Shown: positions 49,945-62,765, counted from the first letter of the whole stretch. The stretch: 63,992 nucleotides of DNA, filler included, from Dimargaris cristalligena (GCA_003614675.1; 10 parts of 10 records of this genome joined end to end with filler, not necessarily neighbours in it), one strand, 5' to 3'. Notes: generated by a model not told the origin, from the sequence alone. A program made the numbers and translations.

Positions 49945-50829
49945 GTGGCCGGTGTATGAGGCATATGGTACGTCTAGGCATCTAATACCCCCCCGGGTAC
50001 CATACGCCTAGGAATATAGCACCCATCATAATGTAATTGCCCACCCGTCCAATAAAAGGGTTAGTGTAACAACTAATAGGGTGTGAGGATTTGTCCTCAT
50101 TGGTTGTTTTCAAAACTAACAGCCCCCGCCTCCCCATGGTTCTGGGTGGTTTCTTTTAAATATCACTGTTTAATAAACCGCTGATACTCTACCTCATTTG
50201 ACTCCGATTGGCATAAAACCCTATAAAACTACTCTTTATTTGGGTTCACCTATACCATATATTATTTAATTACACTAGAATGACCATAAAAATTCTATAA
50301 TTACCTAAGGGTTATATTGGTAAATATGTCCCGGGTCCAGAAATGTCGAAATCTGTCACATACTCTGCATAATGAAATAACCATCAATAGGTCGGTATTA
50401 TCTGTCTGTAGCATGGGTTAGGGAGGGTTGGTGTGCGTATAAAAGCCCGACAGGGCTATGCAGGGCGCTCTAATTTAGGTACCTATACTCTTATCGAAGT
50501 TGGTGAAATTGGCCAATGCTCTTTGAAAAATCAGTAGGAAGTAATTCTTGAAAGAACATGAACTCTTTCTCGTCTAGAACAATTTATTTCAAAACTGTGT
50601 AGCCATTTATGAGAGACCTATTTACATATTTGAATTGGCTATTGAACTTTTTAATTATTTCATATTATTATCCTCATTATAAATTGGTTATTTTAAGACC
50701 ATTTGGTTTAAAATTGCATACTGAATTAGATAAAACGACTTTTTTGTACTGTGTATTAGGGGGGGTACCTATTGCTTTAGTGGGGGTACCATATGCCTAG
50801 ACGTACCAAATGCCAGTTACACTGGCACC
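49945..50829. mobile_element. Non-coding element with ~50-bp imperfect terminal inverted repeats
   Basis: Left gccggtgtatgaggcatatggtacgtctaggcatctaatacccc versus right (reverse complement) gccagtgtaactggcatttggtacgtctaggcatatggtacccc. No TSD identified. Confidence 0.65.
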
Positions 50830-50850
50830 CTCCACTGGGCCACCGAATTG

Positions 50851-51090
50851 CTAGTCATGTGATTGGCCAGTGTAGCCCTTTACTTGCAAATTTTTTTCTA
50901 GAATAACCCAGGCCTGGGGCATGCTAAAATGGTCAAGTATATCATTCAGTTCCACTACCACTAGTTTCAGTTCATGAATAACCAGGGGGGAGCACCAGAA
51001 TGAGTTGGTGGTACTCAGAATGGCAAGGAGGCTGCTGGTGAGGGTGGACAAGATGGTGAGGGCTAGGATTCTAATGGTAAACAGCTTCAT
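50851..51090 (-). pseudogene. Small signal-peptide ORF in a CpG-free tract; possible decayed secreted-protein gene
   Basis: MKLFTIRILALTILSTLTSSLLA... The ORF contains no CpG and lies between the TIR element and an LTR fragment. Confidence 0.4.
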
Positions 51091-51305
51091 AATGGTCAGT
51101 ATGCAAATAGGAAGGTGATTGGGTGGGTTCCTATGAAGGGTATGAGGTGACCAGTTGTGATTGCAGGTTTTGAAATCCAGTGGGTTGAGAAGTAAATGAT
51201 TGGACTGTTAAGGAGAGGTGAATCCCAGCATTCATAAGATGGGGCTGGAAGCAATATACATTAGTAGCTTTAGATGAATTCTGGAACTGGGTATTGGTAT
51301 ATCCC

Positions 51306-51470
51306 TGTCACCTGGGTTAACCACTCTTGGTCTGTCAAGAATCCTAAGGATGGGCTTTTAATAGTAGGTGGGGCTTAGGCTCAGCCAAGCAGGCTACTAG
51401 TGTTAGGTATGGGGTATGGTACTAACTAATAAAGGCTAAAGTGATAGGGATATGCAAAGTGTAGTGAACT
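51306..51470 (-). mobile_element. LTR 3'-end fragment, same family as 12175-12724
   Basis: Reverse complement reads cttggctgagcctaagccccacctactatt...cttgacagaccaagagtggttaacccaggtgaca, ending in CA. Confidence 0.75.
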
Positions 51471-51812
51471 TACCACATTTTTTTACCTACCTTTATTTTT
51501 TTATCTATTTTTTGCACTTATTAGAAGTACACCCCTGACAAGTGAATGAGCCCCTGCCCCTGCCCCTGATGAGTATAGTCATTTTTCCTCCATTTTTATT
51601 AGTATAGTATTTTTCCTATTAGTATATTATATACCCTTGACTATGATCCACCCCTACCCCTAACTGGACTATACCCCTGCATTCACACTACCCCTGGCCC
51701 GACTGTACCCCTATTCAAAGTACAGTTAAAAATAGCTTTCTCCCTTTCCCTTTTTTCCTTTTTCCCTTCTATTATTTCACATTGAATTTATTAGTTACCC
51801 AAGTATTACCTA

Positions 51813-51912
51813 NNNNNNNNNNNNNNNNNNNNNNNNNNNNNNNNNNNNNNNNNNNNTTAATTAATTAANNNNNNNNNNNNNNNNNNNNNNNNNNNNNNNN
51901 NNNNNNNNNNNN
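51813..51912. other. Artificial contig spacer
   Basis: N44-TTAATTAATTAA-N44. Confidence 0.99.
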
Positions 51913-51989
51913 CTCTTTCAAGTATAAATACTCCCCCTTGCTGCCACCTCTTGGAACAGCAAGTCTATCATCACCTTTCCCTTTTTTTC

Positions 51990-52045
51990 ACCTATCTTTT
52001 CAAATAAAGTTCAGTTTTTAAGGGTTTGAGTTTAGTTCTTTACAC
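51990..52045 (-). repeat. Second dispersed repeat, copy 2
   Basis: Reverse complement of the block at 12868-12920. Confidence 0.65.
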
Positions 52046-53431
52046 CAGGTAACAGATACCTCTTTTAAATAAGGGCTGATACTAATACAGTATCTGTCTA
52101 ACACTTTAGTATAATCTACAGGGATTATCTATGGGAATATATAGGTTTGATACTGTCAAGTGCAAGTATATATGAGCATAAATAACTAGGGAAAAATGGT
52201 ATTTTTCATAATACTATAAAATGAGAGCATGAGGTGTGTAAGTCTGGTGATAGTAAAATAATGTGAAGCAATCAGGATCATAGTTGTCTAGGGTTTTTAT
52301 CAGTGTAGACCAGTAGCTCATTTTATACTGGTTAATTGTTTGACCCACCAGCACTTATGTGGTCTTTAGCCCAGGGCCCAATTATCAAGAGGGGTAATGG
52401 TTTCAGTGCTCTTGGGAGACTGGATAGAACCTTCTGGTATTGTACTGAGTGTTACTGTGGCAAGGTTACCCTCAGTTGGTACCCTTGTAGTATCACCAGG
52501 AGTATCAGTGGCTATGGGTGGACTAGGGCTCTGAATCAGCCTAGTAGGGACCACAGCTGCATGGGGTGGTTGACTAGTGTCAGACCCCCTCAGTGGTGCA
52601 GCTTCAACAATACAACAGCTTAATGGATGCCAAGCTGCAACAACTCACTTGGCCAATAGCAAAGCTGGTGTAATAGCCAGCAGGGCTGGTGGATATACAC
52701 CCCTATCAGTTGTTATCAAAGCTAATAGCTCCATCTAGTTTTTGGATGTTTTTTTGTTTAGTATGCCTACTCCATAAACCAGCTATATGCACTTGTTCCT
52801 CTTATCCCACTTATCCCAGTTGACACATATTGGCATGTGGCAGAACTGCTAATTTGTTTTAGTTTTTTTTTTAAAAAATAATATAGTTTAAAATAATAAG
52901 TGTATGAAATTTATAAGGCAAATATCCTCCCTGTTCTGAGATGTCTTACTGTTAATTAGCGAGCGGAATGGGCGTGTTTATTGAAAGGGAATGTGAAATA
53001 TAGAACTAGCAGAAGCGCTGTGATCGCTAGTAAACTAAGAAATTAATGAGTGCAGTTGGTACGCTTTTATATGACCAATTAGTATCCTCAGTTAAGAACG
53101 AGTAAGGGACCGCATATATTGTTGTCGAAGCTAATGAATGGCTGTAACTCACTCTAGTCTGCTGTTGGAACTTCCGTGGTTATGGTCTCGGTAATAACAA
53201 TGGGATCCAGGGAGGCCAGGTAATGCGGTGTCCAGGGTCAGCTACAGCTCTAGCTGTAGGTGTAACAATAGAGCTGATGGAGAGGGCGTAAGGGCAACGT
53301 GGTGCTGAATATAGTCTCTTGATTAGGAATAGCGGCCTATAGTCGTATTTGATGACGACTCATAAAGGGTTAAGGGTATTGGTCAAATTACTACGGTGAT
53401 ATTTTTCATGATTAAATGAAGCAAAGTGGGT

Positions 53432-56400
53432 TTAAAGGAGAGATAGTTCAAGAAGACATTCTTTCCAATGAGAAGTAAAAATTCTAATGGAATCAGCTCG
53501 AAACTGTTTCGTATTGAAATTGGTAACAATTTCCAATCCCTCAGTGGTGTTCCAGGCTCCAAAATCGAACAAATACGGATACTTGTTTTGACTCTTGGCA
53601 GCGCGCAAATCATTAAGCAGGGCGGGCCGCTCAATCAAGAGTAGCTCACTGGCATAGGAGTCATGGACGGAGAAATCATCCAAATATGTGAAACCGAATT
53701 GGGGCTGAACATCAAATTGGCGCTGTAGGTCGGCTTGATCCTCGGTGAAGGAGCGTAGGTTTTTGACTACTGTATATAGGAAACCGTTATCTACGCCCGC
53801 GCCTAGCGTATTTTGAACGCTACGTAGGGTGCTTATCAAATCATTATTGGGTGCACCCTGGAAAATTAATGGGAACTGACAAGCAAAGAATCCGACAGTC
53901 CGAGAGACATCGCACTGGCCACGGGGGTCCTTGCGCCCATGGCCTAGATACGCCAAATCCATTTGGGACAGTCCGAAGTGACGGTGGTAGGCGCATACCA
54001 GGGTCGTCAAAATAAGTTCAACTGGGGTGGCCCCGAGTCGTTGAGCTACCGTGGTCATGATGTGGTGAGTGGTTTTCTGATCAATCAAGTCAGCCACGCG
54101 TTCCCGGGTTTCGTTGGTAATAGGTAAATAATCTGTAGGAAGCTCTAAAGACAGAGAATTGGCGGATATGGGTAAATCAACGCTGCACAGGTCAATAGAC
54201 TGGGCCAGGGACCAGAGGTGGTCAGCCCACGCCTTATACGAAAGGGACAGGGGCTCGAGAGGCTGGCCAGTTAAGAAGGCTGAAAAGTCTTCCCGGACAA
54301 TCTGGACGGACAAATAATCAAAGACCAGATGGTGGACGGAAATATAGACGTATTGGGCACCGTTAATGTCGAATACCCGAATCTGGGAGATCGGACCAAC
54401 CTCGAAATTAATCTGATGGTTAATGCCGTTGAGTTGGGCCAGTGCATCTCGGATATTACCCATCTTGCGATATTCAAAACAGGTCGTCAATGAGTCATCC
54501 AAATCAGCAAACTTGATGACCGTTTCCCCATCGATAGACAGGAAGCGGGCCCGGAGCATATCGTGGCGCTGAACCACCTTGGTCCAGGCGGCCTGCCACT
54601 GTTGAGCGGTGAATCGCGTGCTCGATTCAAATAGAGTGGCTAGGGGGAAGAAATGGGGATCAGCCAGTTGGAGGGCGAGTAGTTCGAGTTGGGGTGGGGT
54701 GAGTCGCACTATCCGAGTTTCCGAATCAGCGGGGCCATAGGCGTCCCCATTAAGCAATATAATAGAATCGGGCGGAGTCAAGGCTAATTGGACCAGATAG
54801 GCAATCGTGTTGGACCGGTTGATATCCATCAGGGTCAGCTGCAGGTTCTGGCGACGACAGCGGGATACCAATTGGATGGCCGACAGTGAGTTACCACCTA
54901 CTTGGAAAAAGGTGGCCGCGGGTGAGATAGCGCCCGGGTCAATCCGAAGAGTTTCGGCGACCAGCCCAATAAGCTGGGCCTCGGCTGGGCTAACCTGCAC
55001 GGTCTCATGATTGTTGCCACTGACTGTAAAATTGTGTTTGGACAGGGCCTTGCGATCCACTTTACCCACCCGGGTCAGCGGAAATTCGGTTAGTTCGACC
55101 AGAACAGACGGTATCATATAGTGAGGCAGCCGAGACCGCAGAGAGTCCAAAATAGTGGCGACCTGACCAGAAGGGGGAACAATATAACCGACCAAGTGGG
55201 TATCGTCCTGAACCACAGTGCAGGCCTGGTTCACGGCGGGATGCAGCTCCAGGGCACTCTCTACTTCCCCCAGTTCAATCCGGAACCCTCGCAACTTCAC
55301 CTGGTTATCAATGCGTCCGAGACATTCAATCTGACCATTGGGTAGCCAACGGGCCAGGTCACCGGACTGGTAGATGCGCTCATCCGTAAACGGACTCAAA
55401 ATGAATTTGTCTTGGGTAAGTTCAGGGCGGTTGAGATAGCCACGGGCCACGCCGCGACCGCCTAAATAGAGCTGGCCTACGGTACCAACAGGGACAGGGC
55501 GCATGTAGGTATCTAGAATAATGCCAGTGGCATTAGGTAGCGGGACGCCAATGGGAATCACTGAACTGGTGGACTGGAGTCGAGTCCAGTGGGATCCACA
55601 CGCCACTTCGGTGGGACCGTACCAGTTGATGAGCTCAACCGAATCGGCCCATTTATTCACTACCCCCTGGTTGGCCGGCTCACCAGTTATAATGACTTGG
55701 CGCAAGTTGGGGAAATTGGTTGGATCGAAACTGGAGAGTAGGGAAGGGGTGCAGCAGGCTCGCGTAGCATGAGCAAGGGTAATTTCGTACTCGCCTTGAT
55801 TAACCAAAAGGGTACCGCCGAAGGACAGCGTGGTCCATATTTCAGATAGAGATACGTCGAAGGTGGGAGTAACGAGAGTGGGGGTAACGGTGCCGGGGGC
55901 CATGTTTGTAATACTGCCCATGCCCCGCCAGTGGTTGGCCAGAGCGTGGTGTTCGTGCATAACGCCCTTGGGGGTACCAGTCGAACCCGACGTGTAGATA
56001 ATTGCTGCCAAATGGGAGGGATCAATGGCCGGCGACGGGTATGCGCTAGTCGGCCCATCGGCAAATAGTGCTGCACTGTTAATTGGTACCATAGGTATAG
56101 TCAACCCGAGAGAGCCTAATGCCGAAAGGTGGGATGGCTTGCCCATAACGACGATTGCTTGTGTGTCTTCTAAGATTAGTTGATGGCGCTCAAGTGGGTA
56201 GTCGGGGGCCAGAATCACAAATGCACAGCCGGTCTTCCAGATGGCCAGTTGTCCTACAATGAGTTCTAGACTGTTGTCAACGACCAGGGCCACTATCTGG
56301 TCAGTGTCACAAGGTGCTTTCAGGGCCAGCGAGTGGGCCAGCCGATTGGTAGCCGTATCCAGCTGAGCGTAAGTGTAGTGTTGGCCATTGTAGGTGAGGG

Positions 56401-58277
56401 CTGTAAGGCGAGGTGCATTCTCGCATTGTTGTTTGAATAGGTCGTGGGCCAGGACTCGGGGGGTATCGTGTGGGTTAGTGGCCCAACTTGACAGCAGTTG
56501 TTCGCGCTCAGCTAAAGTGAGAATCTGGATACTTGTAAGTGGGCTACTGGCATCCACTGACACTAGAGACGATAAAGCGGCAATAAAGTGGTCAGTAAAT
56601 GAGTTAATAAAATCAGGACTAAAATCCAATGTCCGATAGGATACTCGGAATTGAAGCTGGTCTCCTTGAGCATGAGCAATAACCGCGAGCGGGAAGTCCG
56701 TGGGATCCCAGAAGCTGTCCAGTTCCATTTGGAAAGGAAGCTTTGGATTTGTGGGTGTTTCAGGGTAGTTTTCCAGCACCAGAAGGGTGTTGAATAGTGG
56801 ACGCTCTTGCCCAAGACCGCTCCAGCGATGAATGTCAGTCAGCCGACAGTGTTCGAAGCCGTGGGCCTGGGTGCTCGTCGCGTACACGGCCTGTAGAATA
56901 TCCCCCACAGAAGGGTTGCTGCCCAGTGCCACTCGGCAGGGAATGGTATTGATACATGCACCGATAATGTTTTCGACACCTTCCACAGGGACATTCCGAC
57001 CCGAGACGACCACACCAAAGACCGGGTCAGTAGATCCGGTGTGGTGCTGAAGTACAGCCGCCATTGCCACCCGTAGCAGGGTTGAAAGGGTAACCCCGTG
57101 GTCGCTGGTTAGTCTATTGATCTGTTCGAGAATATGCACAGACTTTTCCACAGCTCCATAAAATGAAGCGTCGCTAGGTCGCAGATCGGGGAAAGTAGGG
57201 TGGTGATAGTGCGGCTGTACTAGTAAACACGGTTCCTCAACTCCGGAGAACTGATGAGTCCAGAACTGCTCGGCCGCACTGGTATCCTGGTCCCCAATAT
57301 GGTCGACGAAATCACGGTACTGTACCGCTGTAGGAAGCGTGTCCCCGATGTAGTTACTGCATACACTATGGAGTAATAGCCCGATGGACCAACCATCCAC
57401 CAAAGCATGGTGAACCGAAATCATCAATTTAAACAAATCAGGGGCCGTACGGCAAAAACCGAACCGGATCCAGGGCCGGTCGGGGGTGAACCCAGTAGTC
57501 CGCTCTTCTTCGAAGAATTGGTCACGCATAGTGTCAACATGGCCTTTTTCCCAGCTTCGAATGAGCCAATGGGCATTAAAATTTTTAGTCACGACCTGAA
57601 GGTTCTTGTTAGCGTCACACCCACTGGCCATTAAGAAGCGAGTACGAAGGATGGAGTGGTCATGGGCAGTTTGTTCCCAGGCTCGATGGAAACGGCCGAC
57701 ATTGAGCTGACCTTTAATAGTGAATCCCAGTTGGACCATGTAAGCGGCCGGGTCCTGAAGTGTGGCAAACAGTAGGCCTTCCTGAACGGGTAGGCAAGGG
57801 TAAATGTCCTCGATATCGACCAAGGCCAAGTCCAGTAAGGGTAGGTCGCCCTGGACCAACTTGCAAAAATCGGATTCGGCTAGTCCGGCGGAGGAAAAGT
57901 CGCTGGCTGTTACGATAGATGGTGCGGGAACGGTCTTGCATTCGAGAATGAGCTCCTCAAGAGAAGTGCGCCACTGATCAACTACTCGTTGGATGGTACT
58001 TAAACAGTGTAGTTGGTTGGAGTATATTACACTTAGCACGAGGCCTTCGTCGACACTGTAATCACAAGCCACACTGAGCACTCGACTGAATACTTCATCT
58101 TTGTTCCAGGCATCGGTCCATCCCATTTCAATGTGATGAGGGCGCCAAAAGGCATCCTGGGCCTCTAGTTGCTCGAAGCGACCCGAGTAATTAAACGTAA
58201 TACAGTTCCAGTCAGCTGAACGAATCCTAACCGCTTCTGGGGCCGTTCTGTCGATGGATGGTGTTGATAAGGGAAAA
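53432..58277 (-). CDS. Non-ribosomal peptide synthetase, 3' part: (E end)-C-A-T-E/C; 5'-truncated
   Basis: Frame is open to the contig edge. E-domain end and linker FNYSGRFEQ and TASDF. C domain IEDIYPCLPVQEG and HHALVDGWS. A domain YTSGSTGTPKG, YGPTE, SGDLARW, GRIDNQVKLRGFRIELGEVE and GKVDRKAL. T domain FFQVGGNSL. Terminal domain HHLVFD, GHGR, RTVGFF. Confidence 0.95.
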
Positions 58278-58377
58278 NNNNNNNNNNNNNNNNNNNNNNN
58301 NNNNNNNNNNNNNNNNNNNNNTTAATTAATTAANNNNNNNNNNNNNNNNNNNNNNNNNNNNNNNNNNNNNNNNNNNN
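58278..58377. other. Artificial contig spacer
   Basis: N44-TTAATTAATTAA-N44. Confidence 0.99.
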
Positions 58378-59201
58378 GCAGTTGATGTGATTGCTGACTA
58401 CCGCTATTGGGAGGGCAAAAGGCAGGACGAGTCGGGGTAGACAATTCCAAAGGGGGGTCAGCACGGGTAAAGTAGGGGATGGAATAAAGCGAGGCGGGGG
58501 CAGCGTCATCACCCCGGCGATGGTGGGTATCAATGCCGGGACTTACCAATATGAAGAGGGGTGTTGCCCAGGACATCGCGGGTATTAACGCTGGCGCCGG
58601 CACGAATTAATAGGATGAGAATGGCCACATTGCCCTTGGAAGCGGCAATGTGCAGACCGGATCGCTGACTGGCATCGGTAACATTGGCTAGATACTGGGG
58701 AGAGTGTACATCGAAGGGCGGGCCGGGAGCGGGGCTGCTGGGTCCCGGCAGCGATGACCCATCAAGGGCGAGCTCTTCGAACTTGGGCAGTCCCAGCGAA
58801 GTGGGTCGGGTGGAGAACGAGGGGGACGCGGACGATGAAGAGGAGGAGGGGGAAGAGGAAAGGGGCGTGGACCGGAGGAGGTGGGACTCGGCCAGAGTAT
58901 GGGGGTGGTGGCCGCCGAGGGAAGGGAATAGATACGCAACGACCTTGGGCAGATTGCCCTCGGACACGGCCTGGAGGAATTTGTCGGCGCGGGACGGATT
59001 TAGCAGCTCCAAGGCAGCCAGGCGGAACTCCCGGCGGGTCCGGGACGGCTTGCGGGGCCAGTGGTGGTGGGGGCTGGAGTAAATGGCGGAATGTTGGACG
59101 CGGTGGAGGAAGTCGTCGAGGGATCGGGAAGCGTGGCGGGCGCCGGCGGTGGTGGGTGGCCGTGGTCGACCGCCTGCAAACGGAGGGGGCTTGGAGTCCA
59201 T
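58378..59201 (-). CDS. Ankyrin-repeat protein (ANKRD54-like), 3'-truncated (exons 59201-58547, 58403 to contig edge)
   Basis: DASQRSGLHIAASKGNVAILILLIRAGASVNTRDVLGNTPLHI-AVVSNHINC after a GTAAGT...TAG intron. Confidence 0.8.
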
Positions 59202-60577
59202 GGTGGCTGGGCTAGAAAGAGGGGCGGGGATCCCAAAGAGTTGGAGGGATGAAGCAAAGGTTAGAGGGTGGAATGGGATGAACTGGAAGACAAAATAGAG
59301 AAATGAAGGGAGAAGAGACATGCGGCCAAATATAGTTTGAAGGGAATAAGCTGGGAGGGAAGGATATATACAGTGGTAGGGGGGGCTGCTGTGTTGTGTC
59401 GTTTAGTGTATATGTTAGTGGTGCTAGTGGGTGGGTGGGCAATATGGCTCCCCCCCTGCTCGAAGCCATGACCCCCTCCTATTCCCCGTCCACATAAGTG
59501 CATGTCAGTAGTAGTAGGTGTGTGGGGCTTATAAAAGGCCATTGGCGCAGTTATTATTATTAGTTTCCAATCACACACATTATCATGGCATGGCCTCTTT
59601 TCGGAATACGCCTGGCCCAGAAGGCCACCACCACCACACACCCACACCCTTTGCCGCTGTGAATTTTCGGTAGTGAATGTGCAATAGCAGAAGAATTCGT
59701 GGTTAATCGACGAGGACACCCCTTCATAGTATACCCACCCCACTAACGGCTTTAAAGCACGGCTGCTCTGTCCAGACCACAGGGCGCCCCTCCAGAACAA
59801 AGTGGACCAGATGATAATAATACATACAAATTCCCTCCTTTTCCTACCTATAAGCTGTACTGCCCCACCCCCATTGGCGAATAGGGAGGGAAAGATGCGA
59901 TGCCCAATTCCTGCCGTGGCGGGGCGGCTGTATATAACCAATATCTCCTCCCCCACACCCTTTGTTTGCTTCGGAAGGAGGCAGTGACATTCTTTGGATT
60001 CACCCTACCCATTTACCAACACATCAAAGATATATATATATATATATACTTACCATACTGCTTATGTTTTACCCTCCTCCCCTTTGGGGTCCCCCAAACG
60101 AGCCCCGCCCGCCGTATGCAATCATTAAGTATACCACACTCTGTATTAGCCAACAAGGCCGTCAGATGACATAATGACGGGGCATTTTCTCGCCTGCAAT
60201 CCTAAAACCGGGTGTGTAGATCCATGCTATACCTAACCTGTAATAGTTATATAATACCCAGAACCATACTAGGGGACGAAGGGCGGCTCTTCAGGGCAAG
60301 TTGTTTATACAACGGTATATACTCATTTAATCTATAGTCCCACCGCCTACGGCTAAATTTCTGCCAAAAAAATGGGGGTCCCACACCACCACCACTCCCC
60401 GACCATACTGAAAAAGATATTACAAACGTTTGTTGGTTTTGGGATCGATTCCTATAATATGTTTTATTCAGAGCATATCTATATGTGTGTGTGTATATAT
60501 ATAAATAAATAAATCGAAATAGAAAGACGAAAATGGTACAGCTTGGCTAAAGGCTCGGGATCTCAACCACGGTTAGT

Positions 60578-62314
60578 TTACACCACAAGGTACTGCTTGG
60601 TCCAGTCGTAAAAGTACCGGACCACCAGGAAAGGCTGGCCCAAGATGCAAAAGGATATCCAGAAAAAGATATTGCCGATGCTCGAGTCTTTCCCGGTGTA
60701 TTGGGCCAATAAATCGGTAAAGAGCACCAAGGGCACCTGGAAAAAGATGCCCCAAAAGGCGTGGCCCCGCAGATTGTGCGTGGGTATGCCCACCACCAGC
60801 TCATGGAGAAGGGCTGAGATGAAGAAAATGAGGACCATGGAGGTGTGGGGGGAGAAGCCGGCCTGGAGGCATGGGATGTAGACGTGGCGCTTGAAAAAGA
60901 AGTGGACCGGCTGGTTCCACAGGCGCCAGTAGCGGGCCAGGGTGCCACTATTCCACCAGGGCAGATAGAACGACCGGTCGCCGAAATGGAGCAGCTCAGC
61001 CAGGGCATTCAGGAAAGCGTGGAAGAAGGCGTAGAAGCCCAGCAGCCAGATCAGTACGCTCGTGGTGGATAATTTAAACACGCGCTCGAGGATCTGGGGC
61101 ACGTTGAGCTGCTCCCAGGGCGTAATGGAGTTCTTCAGAGTGGGGATGGCGTACTGCTCCACCAAAAAGTAGATCATGACCGTGGCGATGGCCCCCTCGA
61201 GGCAGCGCTTGAGGAAAAACGATTTGCGGAAGCGCTGGTTGCGGGGGTAGCTGGGTTGGTAGCACAGGGTCGGCACCCAGAAGAAGTAGAGGGAGTCCCG
61301 CAGGCGAATATTGGCGGGATAGTGCACGGTATACTCGGCCGGCTGGGGGATGCCATGGACCAGGTCGTAGCGCAGGCACCGGTTGACCAAAGCATACGAG
61401 ATGAGCTTAAGGGACTGGATGACCACCGTGAACACAATGGCCATGCCCAGCAGGGGGTGGTACATTTTTTGGTACACCACATACGACGGGAAGGCCAGGG
61501 TGACGGTGATATTGGCGGCGTGGATCCAGCCGGACCAAACGGTCCAGCACCGGTAGGTTTGCTCGTCGGGGCGGTATGATGAGGTGCGCTGCAGGGTCCG
61601 CAGCAGCGGGTAGGCGTAATAGTCGGCCACGACGCGCTCCACGCCCAGGGCCACCAGGATGTTGACGGGGAGGAGGGCTGACGCAATCAACGTAAAGACC
61701 CAGTCCTGCGGGGGGACGTACTGGCCCGGGATGGAAATCAGGAAGCCGTACTTCATGTAGTTTTCCACGACCAAACGAACATTGGTGACGAACAGGAGAA
61801 GCAGGGCCAGGTTCATCATGCCCTTATAGCTTACCTTGCTATTTTCGTAGGATAGCACCGAGGACCGCAGCTCGGTATGCACGGGTAGAATATGGTTGGC
61901 ACCGGGGTCGAGGGCCGAGGTTTGAATGGGAACGGTGTGGGTGGAGACATCACTCTCGTAAAACTCCGAGGGGGGATTGGCGTCCAACAGGTCCAGGCGC
62001 TGGGTCAGTGATGAGGTGGTCGAAGAGGAGGGAGGGCTCGACCGCTGCCGCAGCCCGGTATGGACGGGGGCGCGGTGGCTGGACCGAGCAGAGGTGCGGT
62101 CCGGGGTGACTGGGGGACAATCGGTTAGAGTAGCGGTGGACGACGACGGGGACAAGGCAGACGAATCCCGGACGGGTATCGGGGGGGGAGGGCCTTTACC
62201 GGACGGAGGGGACTCGTTCCAATCCGGATGTGTTAGGGACTGGGAGTCAGGGCCGCCTGACCCTAAGGAGGAGGAGGGGCCTTCGGATATATCCCCTATT
62301 ATTTTCCTGGGCAT
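60578..62314 (-). CDS. DGAT1: Diacylglycerol O-acyltransferase 1 (MBOAT family)
   Basis: NVRLVVENYMKYG, LKLISYA, PTLCYQPSYPR, LNALAELLHFGDRSFY.WWN, YWRLWNQPVH and the catalytic His in SALLHE. Confidence 0.9.
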   Translation of the reverse strand: MPRKIIGDISEGPSSSLGSGGPDSQSLTHPDWNESPPSGKGPPPPIPVRDSSALSPSSSTATLTDCPPVTPDRTSARSSHRAPVHTGLRQRSSPPSSSTTSSLTQRLDLLDANPPSEFYESDVSTHTVPIQTSALDPGANHILPVHTELRSSVLSYENSKVSYKGMMNLALLLLFVTNVRLVVENYMKYGFLISIPGQYVPPQDWVFTLIASALLPVNILVALGVERVVADYYAYPLLRTLQRTSSYRPDEQTYRCWTVWSGWIHAANITVTLAFPSYVVYQKMYHPLLGMAIVFTVVIQSLKLISYALVNRCLRYDLVHGIPQPAEYTVHYPANIRLRDSLYFFWVPTLCYQPSYPRNQRFRKSFFLKRCLEGAIATVMIYFLVEQYAIPTLKNSITPWEQLNVPQILERVFKLSTTSVLIWLLGFYAFFHAFLNALAELLHFGDRSFYLPWWNSGTLARYWRLWNQPVHFFFKRHVYIPCLQAGFSPHTSMVLIFFISALLHELVVGIPTHNLRGHAFWGIFFQVPLVLFTDLLAQYTGKDSSIGNIFFWISFCILGQPFLVVRYFYDWTKQYLVV

Positions 62315-62686
62315 GGCGGGGGGGAATGTGGCACACTCTTGCTGGCAGTATATATGTATATGTAAATGGGCTAATGCTAATGCGAAAGGGTAAACCCACA
62401 GGAAGAGTAGAGTTGTTGTCGGGTGTAACTGGTAGTAGTATATGGTAAAGTAATGGGGACGAGTTGGTTAAAGAATGTTAAAATGGGGAGGGAGCACAAT
62501 GAGCGCACGCCCTTCCCATATGTGTGGCCCGCACTCAAGCCAAGTCGGGTAGAAAAGAGGGGTGCTTTAACAACGCAACATCAGCCCCAGGGCTCGTGGG
62601 AAAGGGCCCCGGTGTGGTTGGCTGAGAGAGAGTCTTCGACTTCTCCTAGTGGAGGGGCCTCGGATAGGCATGTGCAAATTGACGCC

Positions 62687-62765
62687 AATAGTAATAATAA
62701 TAATAATAGCAATAGTAATAGTCATAATAAACAATAGTAGTAGTAATAGTAATAATAGTAATAAT
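62687..62765. repeat. Compound (AAT/AGT)n microsatellite
   Basis: aatagtaataataataataatagcaatagt...agtagtagtaatagtaataat. Confidence 0.8.

Noticed and set aside
60945-60975. DGAT1 FYxDWWN motif reads FYLPWWN
   Set aside because: A single variable position; the catalytic His and the other motifs are intact.
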